In this document: positions 27,290 through 40,219 of the stretch, piece after piece
How positions within the stretch are numbered: the stretch's first letter is position 1
Layout: every line of letters begins with the position of its first letter
Source: Saccostrea cucullata
Taxonomy: Eukaryota
DNA: 64,000 nt
Assembly: GCF_032062105.1 (NCBI RefSeq)
Contig: NW_026924059.1
Location: 124,001-188,000, forward strand
Direction: 5' to 3'
Translations under genes and position numbers: made by a program
Notes under the pieces: generated by a model
Database searches by the model: none
What the model was told of the DNA's origin: nothing
Seen by the model: only the letters and a program-made list of their open reading frames with translations

Positions 27290-29665
27290 ATGCTGGACAC
27301 GTTATTACTGGTGACGTAAAGTATAGTTAATAATGAGGACCTTAGATCACTTATGTTAGATGGTCCAAAATATAGGTAGCCCCGATACTTCAACTGACGT
27401 CGGAATTTCATAAATATTATGGATTTTGTTGGAGATTACACCAGGCGATGGGCCAGGTATAATTTAAGAAGACGTTGACACTTTGACAAAATGGATTAAA
27501 TGTATCAGATCTATGTAACAATCACGTATTAAAAGATTGAGGGGCAATATGAAAACCGTCTATCCTTCTGTATTCAATATTCTAGAAGTGAAAACAGAGA
27601 TAGATTATGTGATCAGTCCGCACTAATCCCTGCTGACAAAGCAGGTAACAACATTGTCTTCCTTTGTAAGGCTCACTGTATTACATGTAATTGTATTTTA
27701 GAAGAACTTGGATTTAATTCTACAGATGGACATCCATCTTATACTCATCGTTCTCTTTCTAAGGAAGAAATTCTTCAAAACCTATGTCAATTTTGAATAT
27801 TTTAATATTCCAAATAACCAAAATGAATTCAAATACCCTCTCCATATTTGATTCCGAAACCGAAACTTTAAAAAAAATCCTTACAAACATACATGGCGCG
27901 TTCCAGTAAATGTTTAAGCAACCCTCTTTCTTTACTCCCCACTAAGATATTAACAGTAGTGAAGGAGAACCTTCAAGAGTACTGTGCATCAATATATTCG
28001 AGAAGTGGTGTAAAATCAGATGTACATATGCAGATACCGGTACTTAAAAGTTCCAAGGAATTTTTAGGAAAATTTGAACTCACTATATTTTGCCAAGATC
28101 AACTGCTTAAAAACGACTTTTCAACTTTTCCCCACGATAAATTGAAGTCCAGGATTTTTTATATCATTTACAGCTGCTTTTTCAATAGATTTATTTATAT
28201 CATTTACAGCTGCTTATTTCAATAGACAAAATAACATTTAAAAATTTTTCCAATGAAACTCGTATAAGTGTATTTACTTACTTTTTCATTGGTCATTTGC
28301 AAAATTATTATGTTAAAACATTCTTATAGTACACTCTGAAGTTGACGTTTAAAAAGATGCTAGAGTTTCTGATTGATAATATCTATGTGGTGTTTGGAGA
28401 CCAAGTCTTCCAACAATCTATAGGAATTTTTATGGGCACCAATTGTGGGCAGTTATTATCATACCTTGTTTTGTATTCATATAAAGCAAAATTTGTGCAA
28501 AATCTTGTACGTGAAAAGAAGAAAACAATTGCCGTGGCCTTCAACGCGACATTTAAATATATTATACTTTCATGTAAATTACTTAAATCTGATTCGTCGA
28601 GAAACATTTGTTAAAAAACACTATTACCCGCTGAATAATGAAGCCACGCCCTCCTGCGTAGCAACTGTCAACATTGCTTGACGACGGGTAATATTCCAAA
28701 AAATAGCGACTGCGCAGTTTGGAATAGCGACTGCGCAGAATTCATGCGCGCACGGCTCACTGTTATATGTATTTGTATAAAACATTCAGTATAACACAAT
28801 AAATATTGCATGTAGTTGAGAGTAACATTGAAAATTTTCACCCCTTGAAAACCATTGTCAACCTCGGCTGCGCCTCGGTTGACAATGGTTTTCTTGGGGT
28901 GAAAATTTTCAATGTTACACTCAACTACATGCAATATTTATATAATATCGACAAGGCATTGTCAATTAACAATGGTTATTTCCATTCTTACGGTGATACG
29001 ATATATCCCAATGACTTTGAGATAAAAGATACCACAGAGTATAAAACATCTGTTTCATATTTTGATATTTTACTTTAAATAGACTTTAAAGGTAATCTAA
29101 CAACTAGGCTATATGATAAACGCAATGGCTAAAACTTTTCAATCGTCAACTTCCCTTACGTATGCAGTAATATACCTTCATTAACCTGCATACGGGGTGT
29201 GTTTCTCTCAGTTGATCCGATACGCAGGAACATGATCTACGTATGAACAATTTCTTAAGCGAAGTAAATTATTGACAAACAAGTTGATGAAACAAGAATA
29301 TCAGCTTTATCTTGTTTAAAGTCTAGTCATCATTTCGTAAGTTCTATGGTCGATACAATGACGTCGACCTTGTCAGCTAATACATGTACAATTTATCATT
29401 GAGGCAAATCCTGACTGACGTTTTTCATGCTAAATGTTAGGCCACTATTTGCACACAGTGAATTGACGACGGATGTTTCCGTTTTTTCCCGATCATGACA
29501 AGGAGCACTCGGCGGGTATCGACGTGAACGGCCGGCAGGGGATGCTCAATCTTCCATGGCACCTAATCCCACCTTTGATCTTTTGGAGGACTACTCCTAT
29601 TTTGTATTATTTAATGGACTTTTGAGCGTGAGCTTGAATACTGTTCGTTATATCCATTTATTTCA
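27290..29665 (+). mobile_element. Decayed Penelope-like retroelement (Naiad-type, RT at C-terminus) with 3' UTR
   Basis: Frameshifted translation shows GHVITGD..IVNNEDLRSLM..GPKYR (~27295), LIPADKAGNNIVFLCK (~27622), FPHDKLK, FLIDNIYVVFGDQVFQQSIGIFMGTNC, FNATFKYI//D.ALSINN, IYPNDFEIKDTTE, LYDKR..FSIVNFPY.CSNIP and SQLIRYA. No GIY-YIG domain follows the RT; the ORF ends after the thumb and is followed by the conserved 3' motif. Confidence 0.88.
28562..28945. mobile_element. Non-autonomous hairpin element (Crypton-like, inferred) inserted in the Naiad RT
   Basis: About 385 bp of non-RT sequence splits the RT between ...FKYI and D.ALSINN. It contains a 65-bp-arm inverted repeat (28799-28863 / 28877-28941, 3 mismatches) around the loop CCTCGGCTGCGCCTCGG. 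The Crypton assignment is from recall of this loop motif only. Confidence 0.75.
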
Positions 29666-31234
29666 TTCGTACAAAATCGTTAATGCATGTTATAAAATTC
29701 AGTAATAAGGTTGCATGCAACTTCTGAATTCTTTATATATTAATGTTTGCCTATTATTCTATCACTGTGTTTATTATTTAACAATAAGCTACCGTATAAT
29801 TTATAGCAATGCTTTAAATATTACATGTAATGTAAAAAGTAAATTTTGAGATAATGGATCCATGATTTAACACTCGTTAATAATTTTAATGTAATTTACC
29901 TTTTTGTATCCTTCGAAGGTTTTCTCGAGTAATTGTCAACTCTTATTATAAAAAAATCTAAGTATTCAATTTAAAGAAACATGAAATCTTTTCTGACAAA
30001 CATATTATCTAATTTCAACCCATCTTCGAAATCAATTTGTATGTTGTAAAAAATGTTGAGCATGCAAATAAATCAAGGCTCATTTGACAGCTGTGACACA
30101 ATATCAGACCATTTGAATGAGTTATGAAATTCATTTCCGGTTAAGCGCAAGTAATGAGAGCGATAGTATATGAATCACTCATTACGTCTTGATTCACTTA
30201 ATATTAGAATCACTCAGAATCCGTTTATTAATTGCCTACTGAATGCAATGCTTTTAATGACCAATCGATTTCTTATTATAGATTTCTACATCCTTCTGTC
30301 TGCATGTGTGAAAATTACCCAAATCCTGTCAGAAGTTTGTTTCGAAAAATTTATGTACATATTGATTTACAGATAAATTAAAATTGCAAAATATTAACGG
30401 AAGCAGTTAAGTAAGAAGTAAAAACAGTAAAGTAAGAAGCTTAAGACGTGACGAAATGCTTTTTCGGGTAATATGTTAATGTAACTACTGCATATCATAT
30501 TTTTTCCAGTTCAGATTCTTAATTCTGTAATGATGAAATTAGAGAAAAAAAAATGTCAAGGAAAATAAATATTGCTTACTGAAATCAAGCTTACACATGT
30601 ACTAAGAAGTTATAAGGTACCCGTAGATACAATGACCTTGTCATTATGATATATAAGTCAAATAAGGTCATTGTATCGACCAAGGAACTTATCAAATGCC
30701 GACTTTCAACAAGAAATTTCATATCTCTGTTCCATCAATTATTTGTTCACAGCTTTCCCGGTTAAGAAACTGTTCGTACATACATGTACGTATATATTTT
30801 CGCATGGCATCAAGCTGGTAGGCATAAATTCCATGGACATGTGATAAGTGTTAATAAGGGTATATGATGATCGATTGATTGTATGTTAAATTGTTTTACA
30901 ATCAATTTATCAATCAATCGTATACTCCCCTTATTAACACATACAACTGCATCACCTACTTATAGAAATGTTAAAGTCATCGCCCTTATCATTAAGTTTT
31001 TGAATTAATTCTACTACACACGAAAAAAAAAAAAAAAAGGTTAACTAAAGAATGGGCGCAATATATACCCATTGGTATCGTGATAGATTTTTGGAAAAAA
31101 AACTGTCACGAAAAAAAGTTCATAGGTATTGTCAATCAAAAGGTGAAGCATCCTTCAGATATAATCTTCGGAGGGTTTTTTTGTACATGCAGGAGATGTT
31201 CTTATCAATTAATTTTGCAAGTAACCAGTGACTA

Positions 31235-32319
31235 CGAGGGGGTATCAAAAAGTTCTTTGACTAGCGGTATAAAATTAAAACCGCTTAAAGTACCGGTACA
31301 TCAATGAATTTTTAAATATCTAGTTAGCATCATCTTTTCTATCTATAATATAAACCACAAATCATAAATTTAATTTTTTTAATAAATTAGTAATGTTTTT
31401 GTAAGCAATGGTATGTCCAGGCGGCGCAACCTCGAACACGACGTTTTTACGACCTAAATGTAACTGAGAAAAACTCTTTTGATATGAATATTTGACATCC
31501 AAAAATCCTGTTAATTCAGGTATGTGTTGGGACAAAATTGTTCCGTAAAATATGGAATTTTTTTTGCTCAGTTTGGATGTCTATGAAAATTTATCGTAAG
31601 TTTTACATGGAGTGTCCAAACAAATAAGGCATTGAAAATGACGTCAAATAGGGGGAATGGTTTCCTTTTCCAACATTCTATAAAGTTTTGCCCCGGAAAA
31701 AAACTGGAATAGACTTAAGAAATGTTTAAACTGGCTACGGAGAAACAAAATGCATACAGAGTACTTGTTTTTAGTTGCCAAAAGAGATTCAGAGAGAAAA
31801 TTGATGCACAGTTAATGTCGATTTGTACTCAAGGTGTGAAAAATAAATCACGTCAAAAAATGACGTTGATCATGTGTTGTACATATTAAACTCCGAAAAG
31901 CAAAATATGCTGGCAAAATCAAGCGAGGATCTCTCCAAATGTATAAATCCATTTGCAATATTATATGCACTGAAAGCCACAGTGCTGTTCCTGACATTGT
32001 AAAGTCATATAAACAAGATAGGTTTAAGTCCTTACTTACCTCCAGGGAATCTTATCAAAATAAGTGTATGAGATAGAAGAAGCAGACACAGAAAAATAAC
32101 GACGTTATCGGACGTCAGAAACTAAATGGCGACGGCGCCAGGTGACCATATAATGTTTTTTTATTTCATAATAATTTGGCAAATAAAGAACCTATTAAGC
32201 TAAAATTTTCAACATCTCTTTATTTTTTGTTGTTTTATGTTCCTTATAAATTTTGAAAGCACAGACTACATAGTACTTATTTTATAACCTCAGTCCACGA
32301 ACTTTTTGATAACCCCTCG
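31235..32319 (+). mobile_element. Non-autonomous mariner derivative (1085 bp)
   Basis: TIRs CGAGGGGGTATCAAAAAGTTCTTTGACT / AGTCCACGAACTTTTTGATAACCCCTCG with TA TSD. A trace of mariner N-terminal HTH-like sequence (GYGE...LVF...KRFRE) lies at ~31730-31797. Confidence 0.85.
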
Positions 32320-32690
32320 TATGTAAGGTATGTAAATTTGCGAAATACGTTTTAAATGGAAAAAGTGTTCTCTATGATGTCAAAAAGTTTGGATGATTTA
32401 ACACTATTCTCTCTGCTTTGTCTAAGTTTCCTTTTTTGAAAAATATTTAGGAGCAGAACAAACTTGATCTACAACTCATCAAAGATGGACTCAAATATCA
32501 AAAAGCAATTAATATTTGCAAATATTCAGGAGAGAATGTTTGAAAAACCATGTAAGGTATTGGTGGAATATACAAATACCGTATTAGTGAGATATATTCT
32601 GAAATATCCTAAATAAGTTTAACCTCAAGTAATTTAATTGATTTGACAGAACCTAGACATCTTAACTTAACTGACCTTTATTGAAGAAGA

Positions 32691-35084
32691 AACTAGTGCT
32701 AATTGTAACGGGAACCGTTACAGATGTTCCCCAAACGCTCCCCAACTCCCTTTTGGTGCCATATTCCATGTAAGTCTCATTAAGTAAGACATCTGTGCAT
32801 TTTTGACTTTAACAACGTTTTCCCAGAAGGATACCAATTATATTCTAAGTTTAACATTGCAGGCGTGCGCATGTGAATGCACGTGCGTAATGATCATATC
32901 GTCTTATCTACACTTTCTATTTATTTAAATATACTCTTTATTAAAGCATTTAGTCCAAAAGTATTAAAAATCACCCATTCAATTTCACTCATTCCAAATG
33001 CATGCACGTACGTGCACCTGCATGATGACCATACCTTGTTGTAGGAGGCCCTTATATCTATCTATGTTGTAAATCCTATCCTGTTTGGTTGAAAACCAAG
33101 GGAGTTATAGCCATTTCAAGTTTCAGCCAATCAGATTGCAGCACACGTGCATCCGCGTGATTTCATGAATTTTTTTCTAAATCATATTGTAGGATATCCT
33201 AATGCATGACTATGTTTTAAATTTCAAAGCATTTCGTCAAAAAACAAAGGAGATATAGCCATTTCAAGTTTCAGCCAATCAGGTTGCAGCACACGTGCAT
33301 GCACGTGATTTCTTGAAATTTTTTGTATATCATATTGCAGGATATCCTAATGCATGACTATGTTTTAAATTTCAAAGCATTTCGTCAAAAAACAAAGGAG
33401 ATATAGCGATTTAAAGTTTCAGCCAATCAGATTGCAGCGCACGTGCATGCGCGTGTTTTCGTGAAAATTGTTATATATCATACTGTAGTATATCTTAATG
33501 CATGACTATGTTTAAAATTTCAAAGCATTTCCGCAAAAAACAAAAAAGATATTGAGATTTTTGTTTCAGCCAATCAGAAGGCAGCGCACGTGCATGCGCG
33601 TGAGTTCGTGAATAAATGACCAAGTCATATTAACTACAACACTAATATATCCTTATATAATGAGTTTTATAGTATTTCATCGAAAAATGTAAAAGTTATA
33701 GCTATATTAAGTATATCAGTCATTTCACTCATTTCACGCGCACGCACGTGCATGCGTATGCGCGCAAAATGACCTTCGTTGTGCACACCTACACTACACA
33801 CCTATTAACCCTAAAAAGGTTTTAACTCAGTTGGGTGAACAGTTTCTGAGAACACTCGCGGACAAAAAAGTACCGGAGAACAAAGAAGAAAAAAAAGAAT
33901 AATAATAATAATAACTAGTGCTAATTGTAACGGGGACCGTTCTATTCCCCAAACGCTCCCCAACTCCCTTTTGGTGCCATATTCCCTGTTATCTCTATTA
34001 AATAAGAAATACTTTATGGAATTTAGACTTAATCAAGGTCTTCCAAGAAAAATACAAAATATATTTAAAAAATAGGCATTGCACGCGTGTTCATGTGCGT
34101 AACGACCATCTTATCTTGTCTACACTATCTAAAATTTTAATAATATCAAAGCATTTAATCCACAAGTATTAAAAAATGCACTCATTCGAGTGTATTTTTT
34201 ATTTTACTCATTTCACGTGCACGCACGTGCAAGCACGTGCATAATGACTACACCTTCTTGTAGGAGTCCCCTATATTTATCCAAGTTCTAAATCCCATCC
34301 TGTTTGGTTGAAAAACAAGAGAGTTATAGCCATTTGAAGTTTCAGCCAATCAGATTGCAGCACACGTGAATGCACGTGATTTCATGAATATTTCCTCTAT
34401 CATATTTTAGGATATCGTAATGCATGACTATGTTTTAAATTTCAAAGCATTTCGTCAAAAAACAAAGGAGATATAGCCATTTAAAGTTTTAGCCAATCAG
34501 ATTACAGCACGCGCACATGCGCATGCTTTTATTAAAATTTTAATATATCATGCTCTAGATCTTCATAATGTAGGACCATGTTCAAAATTTCAAAAGATTA
34601 TGACAAGAAACAAGAAAGATATTGAGACTTTAGTTTCAGCCAATCAGAGCAAAGCGCACGTGCATGCGCGTGAGATCTTGCTATTTTGACCATGCCATCT
34701 TGTCTATACTACTAATGTATCCTTACATTATGAGTTTCAAAGCATTTTATCAAAAAATAGAAAAGTTCCGACTATATCTATTATATTGGTTATTTCAAGT
34801 GTTGCACGTGCGCGCTCTTGCAAGCACGTGCGCGCAAAATGACCTTGATTCCGCAAATCTGCATAACATGTCTACTTACCCTAAAAAGGTTTTACCTACC
34901 TCGGACGAACAATTTACAAGATCATTCCCGGACAAAAAAGTACCCAGGAAGAAGAAGAAAAATAATAATAAGAAACAGAGTAAAAACAATATATGTTCCC
35001 CAACTTCGTTTGGGGAACATAATAATAATAATAAGAAACCGAGTAAAATCAATATGTTCCCAAACTCCGTTTGGGGAACATAAT
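32691..35084 (+). mobile_element. Two nested HINE-type elements with 147-148-bp tandem arrays
   Basis: Both start AACTAGTGCTAATTGTAACGGG (32691, 33913) and carry subTIR TGTTCCCCAAACG / TATTCCCCAAACG matching the 3' CGTTTGGGGAACA. Two terminal hairpins lie at 34992-35021 and 35053-35082. CCAAT anchors of the repeat units are at 33127, 33275, 33423, 33570 and 34346, 34493, 34640. Confidence 0.88.
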
Positions 35085-37508
35085 TATCAGCGATATTAAA
35101 TTTAAGCGATCTTTCAATCTTGTTTTAAATGCCAAAATTAAATCTTTGCCAATATTTCTGCTTATACGGCATGATATGGCAGACTTTGGCAATGTTTTCT
35201 TGGATATTTCGAGTCGAAATATGCATGAAAGTATGTGAAGCTTCGAATTCGTTGCCGTTTCTAGTTATTTTATATAAAAAAGAATTTGTTGAAAGATTGA
35301 TAAGTGTTCAACATTGACAGATTGTTAAATTACTTTGCCTATTGTAGGAGTTCCGAGGAATACATTTTTTTCTTATTTTATCTTAAATGACCACTTAATC
35401 AGCACTGGAAGACGTTACTTTGGCAAAAGAATGATTATTTCTCAGAAGAAGGACATTTTTTTGCAAATCTTGTGCATCAAATTTATTGTCTCTACTGTGC
35501 GTGTTGATTGTGTGCTAGACTCTTTTCGCACATAACGATTTCATATCAAGAATAATGTGCATATGTATCAAAAATTTTCAGACTACTTTATCGGTCATAT
35601 ATATGGTAATCTAATTATAAGCGAAAGCAGGAATCTTGTGGGTCTCTTTCTCAATGAGAACAAGAAAAAGATGTCCAACTTCTATGGCATTATAAAAAGA
35701 ACAGCTTTCAGTAGAAAGGGGTTTATACAGAAAAACATAAATATAGCAGCCAGAACATTTCTTTTTTATAGCAGAAATATTATTTAATTTCCCAATTTAT
35801 GGCAAAAATATCGATAGACCTGACCCATTTCTATGATAACCATGTCCACATTCTATTCAAATATTCTTGTTTCGTGACATCATGATTGCAAAGTACGAGA
35901 TGGTCTTTCAATAAATCTTTTTTATGTGCCATTTCCTCAAAAGAAATAGTGATATCCATCTGTAGTGAACTAAAGACTCATATACGAGAAAACGTAATGC
36001 AAGAGACAACTTATTTTTCTCCAACATGGACCCTTTTTATATGAAAGCGGCAATAAAAATAGAAACAAGAAGAAAAAAATCAGAACCATGAATGAAATTT
36101 TAATTTTAAAGAAATATCTAATTAAAAAAAGAAATGGTAAAACAAAATTGAATTTTATTGATTAGCTGATTTCACTGTTTCCAATTTTCAAATTTAATCT
36201 TTATTTGGAAAAAATGATATATCAGTGCATAAATAGAATGGATGTTTATGTGAGGGATTTGTAATCAATTTACAAAATGTCTTATTTGAAACAGCTACAA
36301 ACGAACAAACGTTCACACATATTCAACCTAAGATTCTTTTTAATGTAGTGATGTATGTACTTGTCTAAATATGCGAATGAAAAGGGCAAAAGCAAAGATA
36401 TACTAGAATACAAATTTTGAAAATTAAATTCTGACATTTCACCGAATTAATCAATGAATTGGACACTCCGGGATGTAAACTGCAAGCAATGTTTTTAAGG
36501 AGGTGAATTATTTTTAATCAATATTTTGGCAAAAGCGTTATATTTTAATCAGTTTCTGCAGTGAGAGTCATGGTTATATAGAACAACAAAGGAATGATTT
36601 ACTTAGTATGCTGTTATTCTCAAGGGGTTGAAGATAACATTTTTCTAAAATAAGCAATGTATGCAGATAACATATCCAACAAAACAAAGAACTACGTCAA
36701 AGCCCTTGTGACTCCTTGTAAATATTCGTTGAAGATCCACTTATTCTGAACCCTATTTACGGCAATGACATTTTGTAAAAAAAAGATATCAATATTTTGA
36801 AGGATTTTGGTATGATTCCTAAAGATTGACATAAGAAACAATCAATTTGTATTTTTTACCTTAGAAAATTTCAGTTAAAATTACAAAATAGAAAATACAC
36901 ATGAAACTTGACTATGATATTCATTTTAGAAACGGCAAGTCTTTGCTTAGTAAAACGTGTATAATTCTATTGCTATATGTCCTTATCATTAAAAACATTA
37001 AATGAATGATTACATTCCATGCTCTAACAAGAAACAAATAAAATAATCTACATGATATATATGGAGATATCGAACAGTATTCAGACCATTAAACATTAGA
37101 GGTAGGATATCAGGTGCCATGGAGGAGTGATCATCCCCTGCCGACCGATGAAGCTACGTATCAGCAAATACAATTCATCATTAAGTCATATACTGACCGA
37201 AGTTTTTACCGTCTTCCTTGGAAGACGGTATTGTATAGTTGAAGTTTTTTAGAGTCCTCGGACTATGCACTTCCTCTCTTTTGTGATTGGTAGAAATTGC
37301 ATGATGAGAAAATTTTCAATTATTTCATTGGTTGAAATGCTGTTCAAGGCAAGGGAGATAACTTTCTGATGATCTAATTTTCGTACGACTTATGCCTAGG
37401 TCACATTTCCCGGCCGGTAGCCTTAGACCGGTGGTAATCGTTGGTAATCCGTGGTGTTAACGATGCCCTAACATCGGTCAACATCGGCTTAGTAGTCCTT
37501 ACAGAATC

Positions 37509-38054
37509 AGTCACATTATCCAGCGATGGGTATTCGATGGGCAACCAATGCCTTTTATGAGAAAAATGGCGTGGTTGCCGGCCGGACTTACAAAGGTTCA
37601 GCAAAGTATTGCTAATCATAAAACGATGTTCCAGGATAATCGCCCAATGTATATTACATCGCTCATACATTGGTGAACATCGTTCGTACATCGGTCGACT
37701 ACGGGCCAATGTTTGGTCGAACATCGACCGATGATCGGTCGCTATCTGTTGAACACCACTTAACCCCCCGATGACCTCAGATTCAACGGATATTGGACGA
37801 TGCTCGGCCATACATCGGCCGATCCTTGAAAGATGCGTTAATGATTGGTTGCCGATGAGGAGCGATGTGTGGCATCGTTGGAGACATCGCTGAATTTTAA
37901 CTACGAATTATTTCCTACCGATGACCCCACCGATTCGCAAAAAAAGACTCAGTCACCGTCCGAGCACTAGTGGTGCCCGGCCGGCAACCACGCCATTTTC
38001 ATCAAAAATCGCATCGGTTTCTCATCGTATACCCCATCGTTGGATAATGTGACT
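37509..38054. mobile_element. GC-rich MITE with ~80-bp imperfect TIRs
   Basis: AGTCACATTATCCAGCGATGGGTAT...AAAATGGCGTGGTTGCCGGCCGG versus CCGGCCGGCAACCACGCCATTTT...ATACCCCATCGTTGGATAATGTGACT. The interior is rich in (C)ATCGG repeats, and a related end fragment lies at 37395-37500. Confidence 0.75.
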
Positions 38055-38499
38055 TATACTTTAACAATTTTGCAAGATTTGCAATGTTAAAAAAATGACA
38101 AAACGAACAACAAAAACAGCAGTAGTTAATTCTTAATAACATGATATTTTTTTATTGCAATAAATAAAAAGGTCTCTTTAATTTCATTACAAATAAAATT
38201 TGATTATTATTGTGTGCAGGCTTTACAATTTGTTATTATTTTTTTCCCCTTTCTTGTTTGAAGAAGGGAATGGAATCAGCCGAGGTTTGCCGAAAGCTCT
38301 CGGCCAGTCTAGGTTTACGGAGATGACCGAGCGACAACCGTGGTAGGGCTAATGCCAGTAAAAAGCTAATGTACAAAATCAAGAAATTCAAAAGAGTTAT
38401 ACGGCCTGATAGGTGTAGACCAGTTTACTGTTTAAGATTGTTGCTAAAGACGGTAAGCTTTTTTTTAAAAAGCTCTACTTGTTCATACTAATAGTTGAC

Positions 38500-38790
38500 C
38501 ACTATACACACTGAATTGTGGACGGATTTTTCCTATTCCGTTGTTTCCGATCATGACAAGGCCTAACAACACATGTCATTGTATCGACCATAGAACTTAC
38601 GGAAAGATGACATTAAACGAGACTGCAGCTATTCTTGTTTCATCAATTTGTTTGTCAATAATTTTCCTCGTTTTAGATATTGTTCATACGCAGAGGATGC
38701 GCTCGCATTTTGAATCAACTGAGAAATATAAAGACGTTAATGGTAATTTAACAACAAAGCTTGATGATAAGCGCGAATATTTTATTTCAA
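38500..38790. mobile_element. Rearranged Naiad fragments in both orientations
   Basis: + strand 3' UTR piece (38500-38560), - strand RLxSSFRKFYGRYND piece (38575-38630) and + strand DVNGNLTTKLDDKR piece (38733-38775). Confidence 0.6.
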
Positions 38791-39088
38791 GCTCACCGAG
38801 AATATATGGGCATAGGAATGGAAATAGTGATTGTCAATTAACAATACGTCGTCGATATATCATAATGTCGAGTTGAAGGCCACAGCAAGTATTTTCTTCT
38901 TTTTACGTATAAGATTTTGCAAATATTCTGCCTTGTATGAATACAATAATAGATTTATTAGCCTATTAACGGGGTGCAATTGGTATCCATGGGAATTCCG
39001 ATAGATTGTTGGAAGACCTCGTCTCTAAAAAGCACATTTTGTTAATAAAATATAAGCATCTTTTTAATATCAACTTCAGAGTACTTGT

Positions 39089-39381
39089 GGTCGCCCGTGT
39101 GGCGCAGTGGTTAGCGCGTCAGCTCTAGGGACGCGAAGTTGGGAGCTGATCCTCACGAATCCCACGGTGAGACGTGAAGACCATTCTTTTGGATGAGACG
39201 TGAAAACCGAGGTACCTTGTCGCTGTAGGCGCCGGCACGAAAAAGATCCCTCCCTGCTCAATGGCCATAATTGCCGAGTACAAAATTTGCAGTTCTCAAC
39301 CGGCAAGTGCTGACGTCTCCATATGAGTGTATAAATTCTTCAGACGGACGTTAAACAACAATCAATAAATCAATCAATCAA
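39089..39381 (+). mobile_element. tRNA-derived SINE (Meta/MESC-type central domain), full length
   Basis: A-box TGGCGCAGTGGTTAGCG, central GGATGAGACGTGAAAACCGAGGTACC...GGCACGAAAAGATCCCTCCCTGCTC, (AATC)n tail, and a perfect 13-bp TSD TCAGAGTACTTGT at 39076-39088 and 39382-39394. Confidence 0.88.
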
Positions 39382-40219
39382 TCAGAGTACTTGTATGTAC
39401 AACCAGAATGTTTTTAACATAATGATTTCGCAAATGACAAATTAAGTAAATTTAGTTCCATTTTATTGCATGAAAAAGCAGCGATAAATAATATAAAAAA
39501 ACCCTGGACTTAAATATATTGTTGAGAATGGTTATATATAAAGTTGAAATGTTTTCATGCTGTTAACTTTGGTAAAATTATATGGAATTTCAATTTTTTC
39601 CAAAAGTTCCTTGGCATTTTCAAGTATCTATATCTGATTTACATCACCACAATACATTGAATAAAGTCATAAGCAGTTGTCTGTAATGGAGAATGATACA
39701 TCAAGGTTTCAATATAATTTTTTGACTCTAACCTTTATGATTAGCAGTGCTTTAATTAGGTACATGTCTTAAAGATTACCATGTTTACAAAGCTCTAATG
39801 AAAGAAAATTTTACCCATGCAGCTATATAAATTTTTGCACTTTAAGATTTTTATTGGTTCTTACGAACTTTTCATGAAAGTTTAACTCAGTTCTTTATAT
39901 GCAGATCAATCTAATTATAGGGTACAAATATTCATTTGTGTATAGCATCATTCACAAAAAATGTACTTATACTTTCAGGGAAAAACATCATGAGTTGTTA
40001 AGTTTTAAGAAATGTATACAGCAAACGAAAACAAAAGGGTACAAAAAGGAAAACATCTGCTGAATGTCTTTGAAGATCGCCACCGAATTTTCAAAACGTA
40101 TCATCATTCATGGAGTTTAGAAAAACATGTTCCAAAATATGGCTCGATTATCTTTGTTAGGTTATTTATAAACAGATATAGCAGCTAAGAAATAAATAAG
40201 TTTTGTTCTAGCTAGTGGT

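Noticed and set aside
27290-29440. Selenocysteine recoding/SECIS, as reported for some Naiads
   Set aside because: The copy is too decayed (mixed stops and frameshifts) to distinguish Sec TGA codons, and no convincing SECIS core was recognised.
30848-30940. Imperfect ~93-bp hairpin as a possible pre-miRNA
   Set aside because: AT-rich fold-back with (GATT/AATC)n arms, more simply a MITE relic. No expression evidence.
34664-35099. 139-aa and 93-aa ORFs
   Set aside because: They lie in HINE terminal repeats and (AAT)n microsatellite sequence.
37401-37811. 136-aa minus-strand ORF
   Set aside because: It lies inside a GC-rich MITE with short internal repeats and has no domain signature.
39089-39165. 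tRNA-like sequences (also 10900-10960 and 21770-21840)
   Set aside because: These are SINE heads followed by the Meta core and (AATC)n tail; they do not form a complete cloverleaf.
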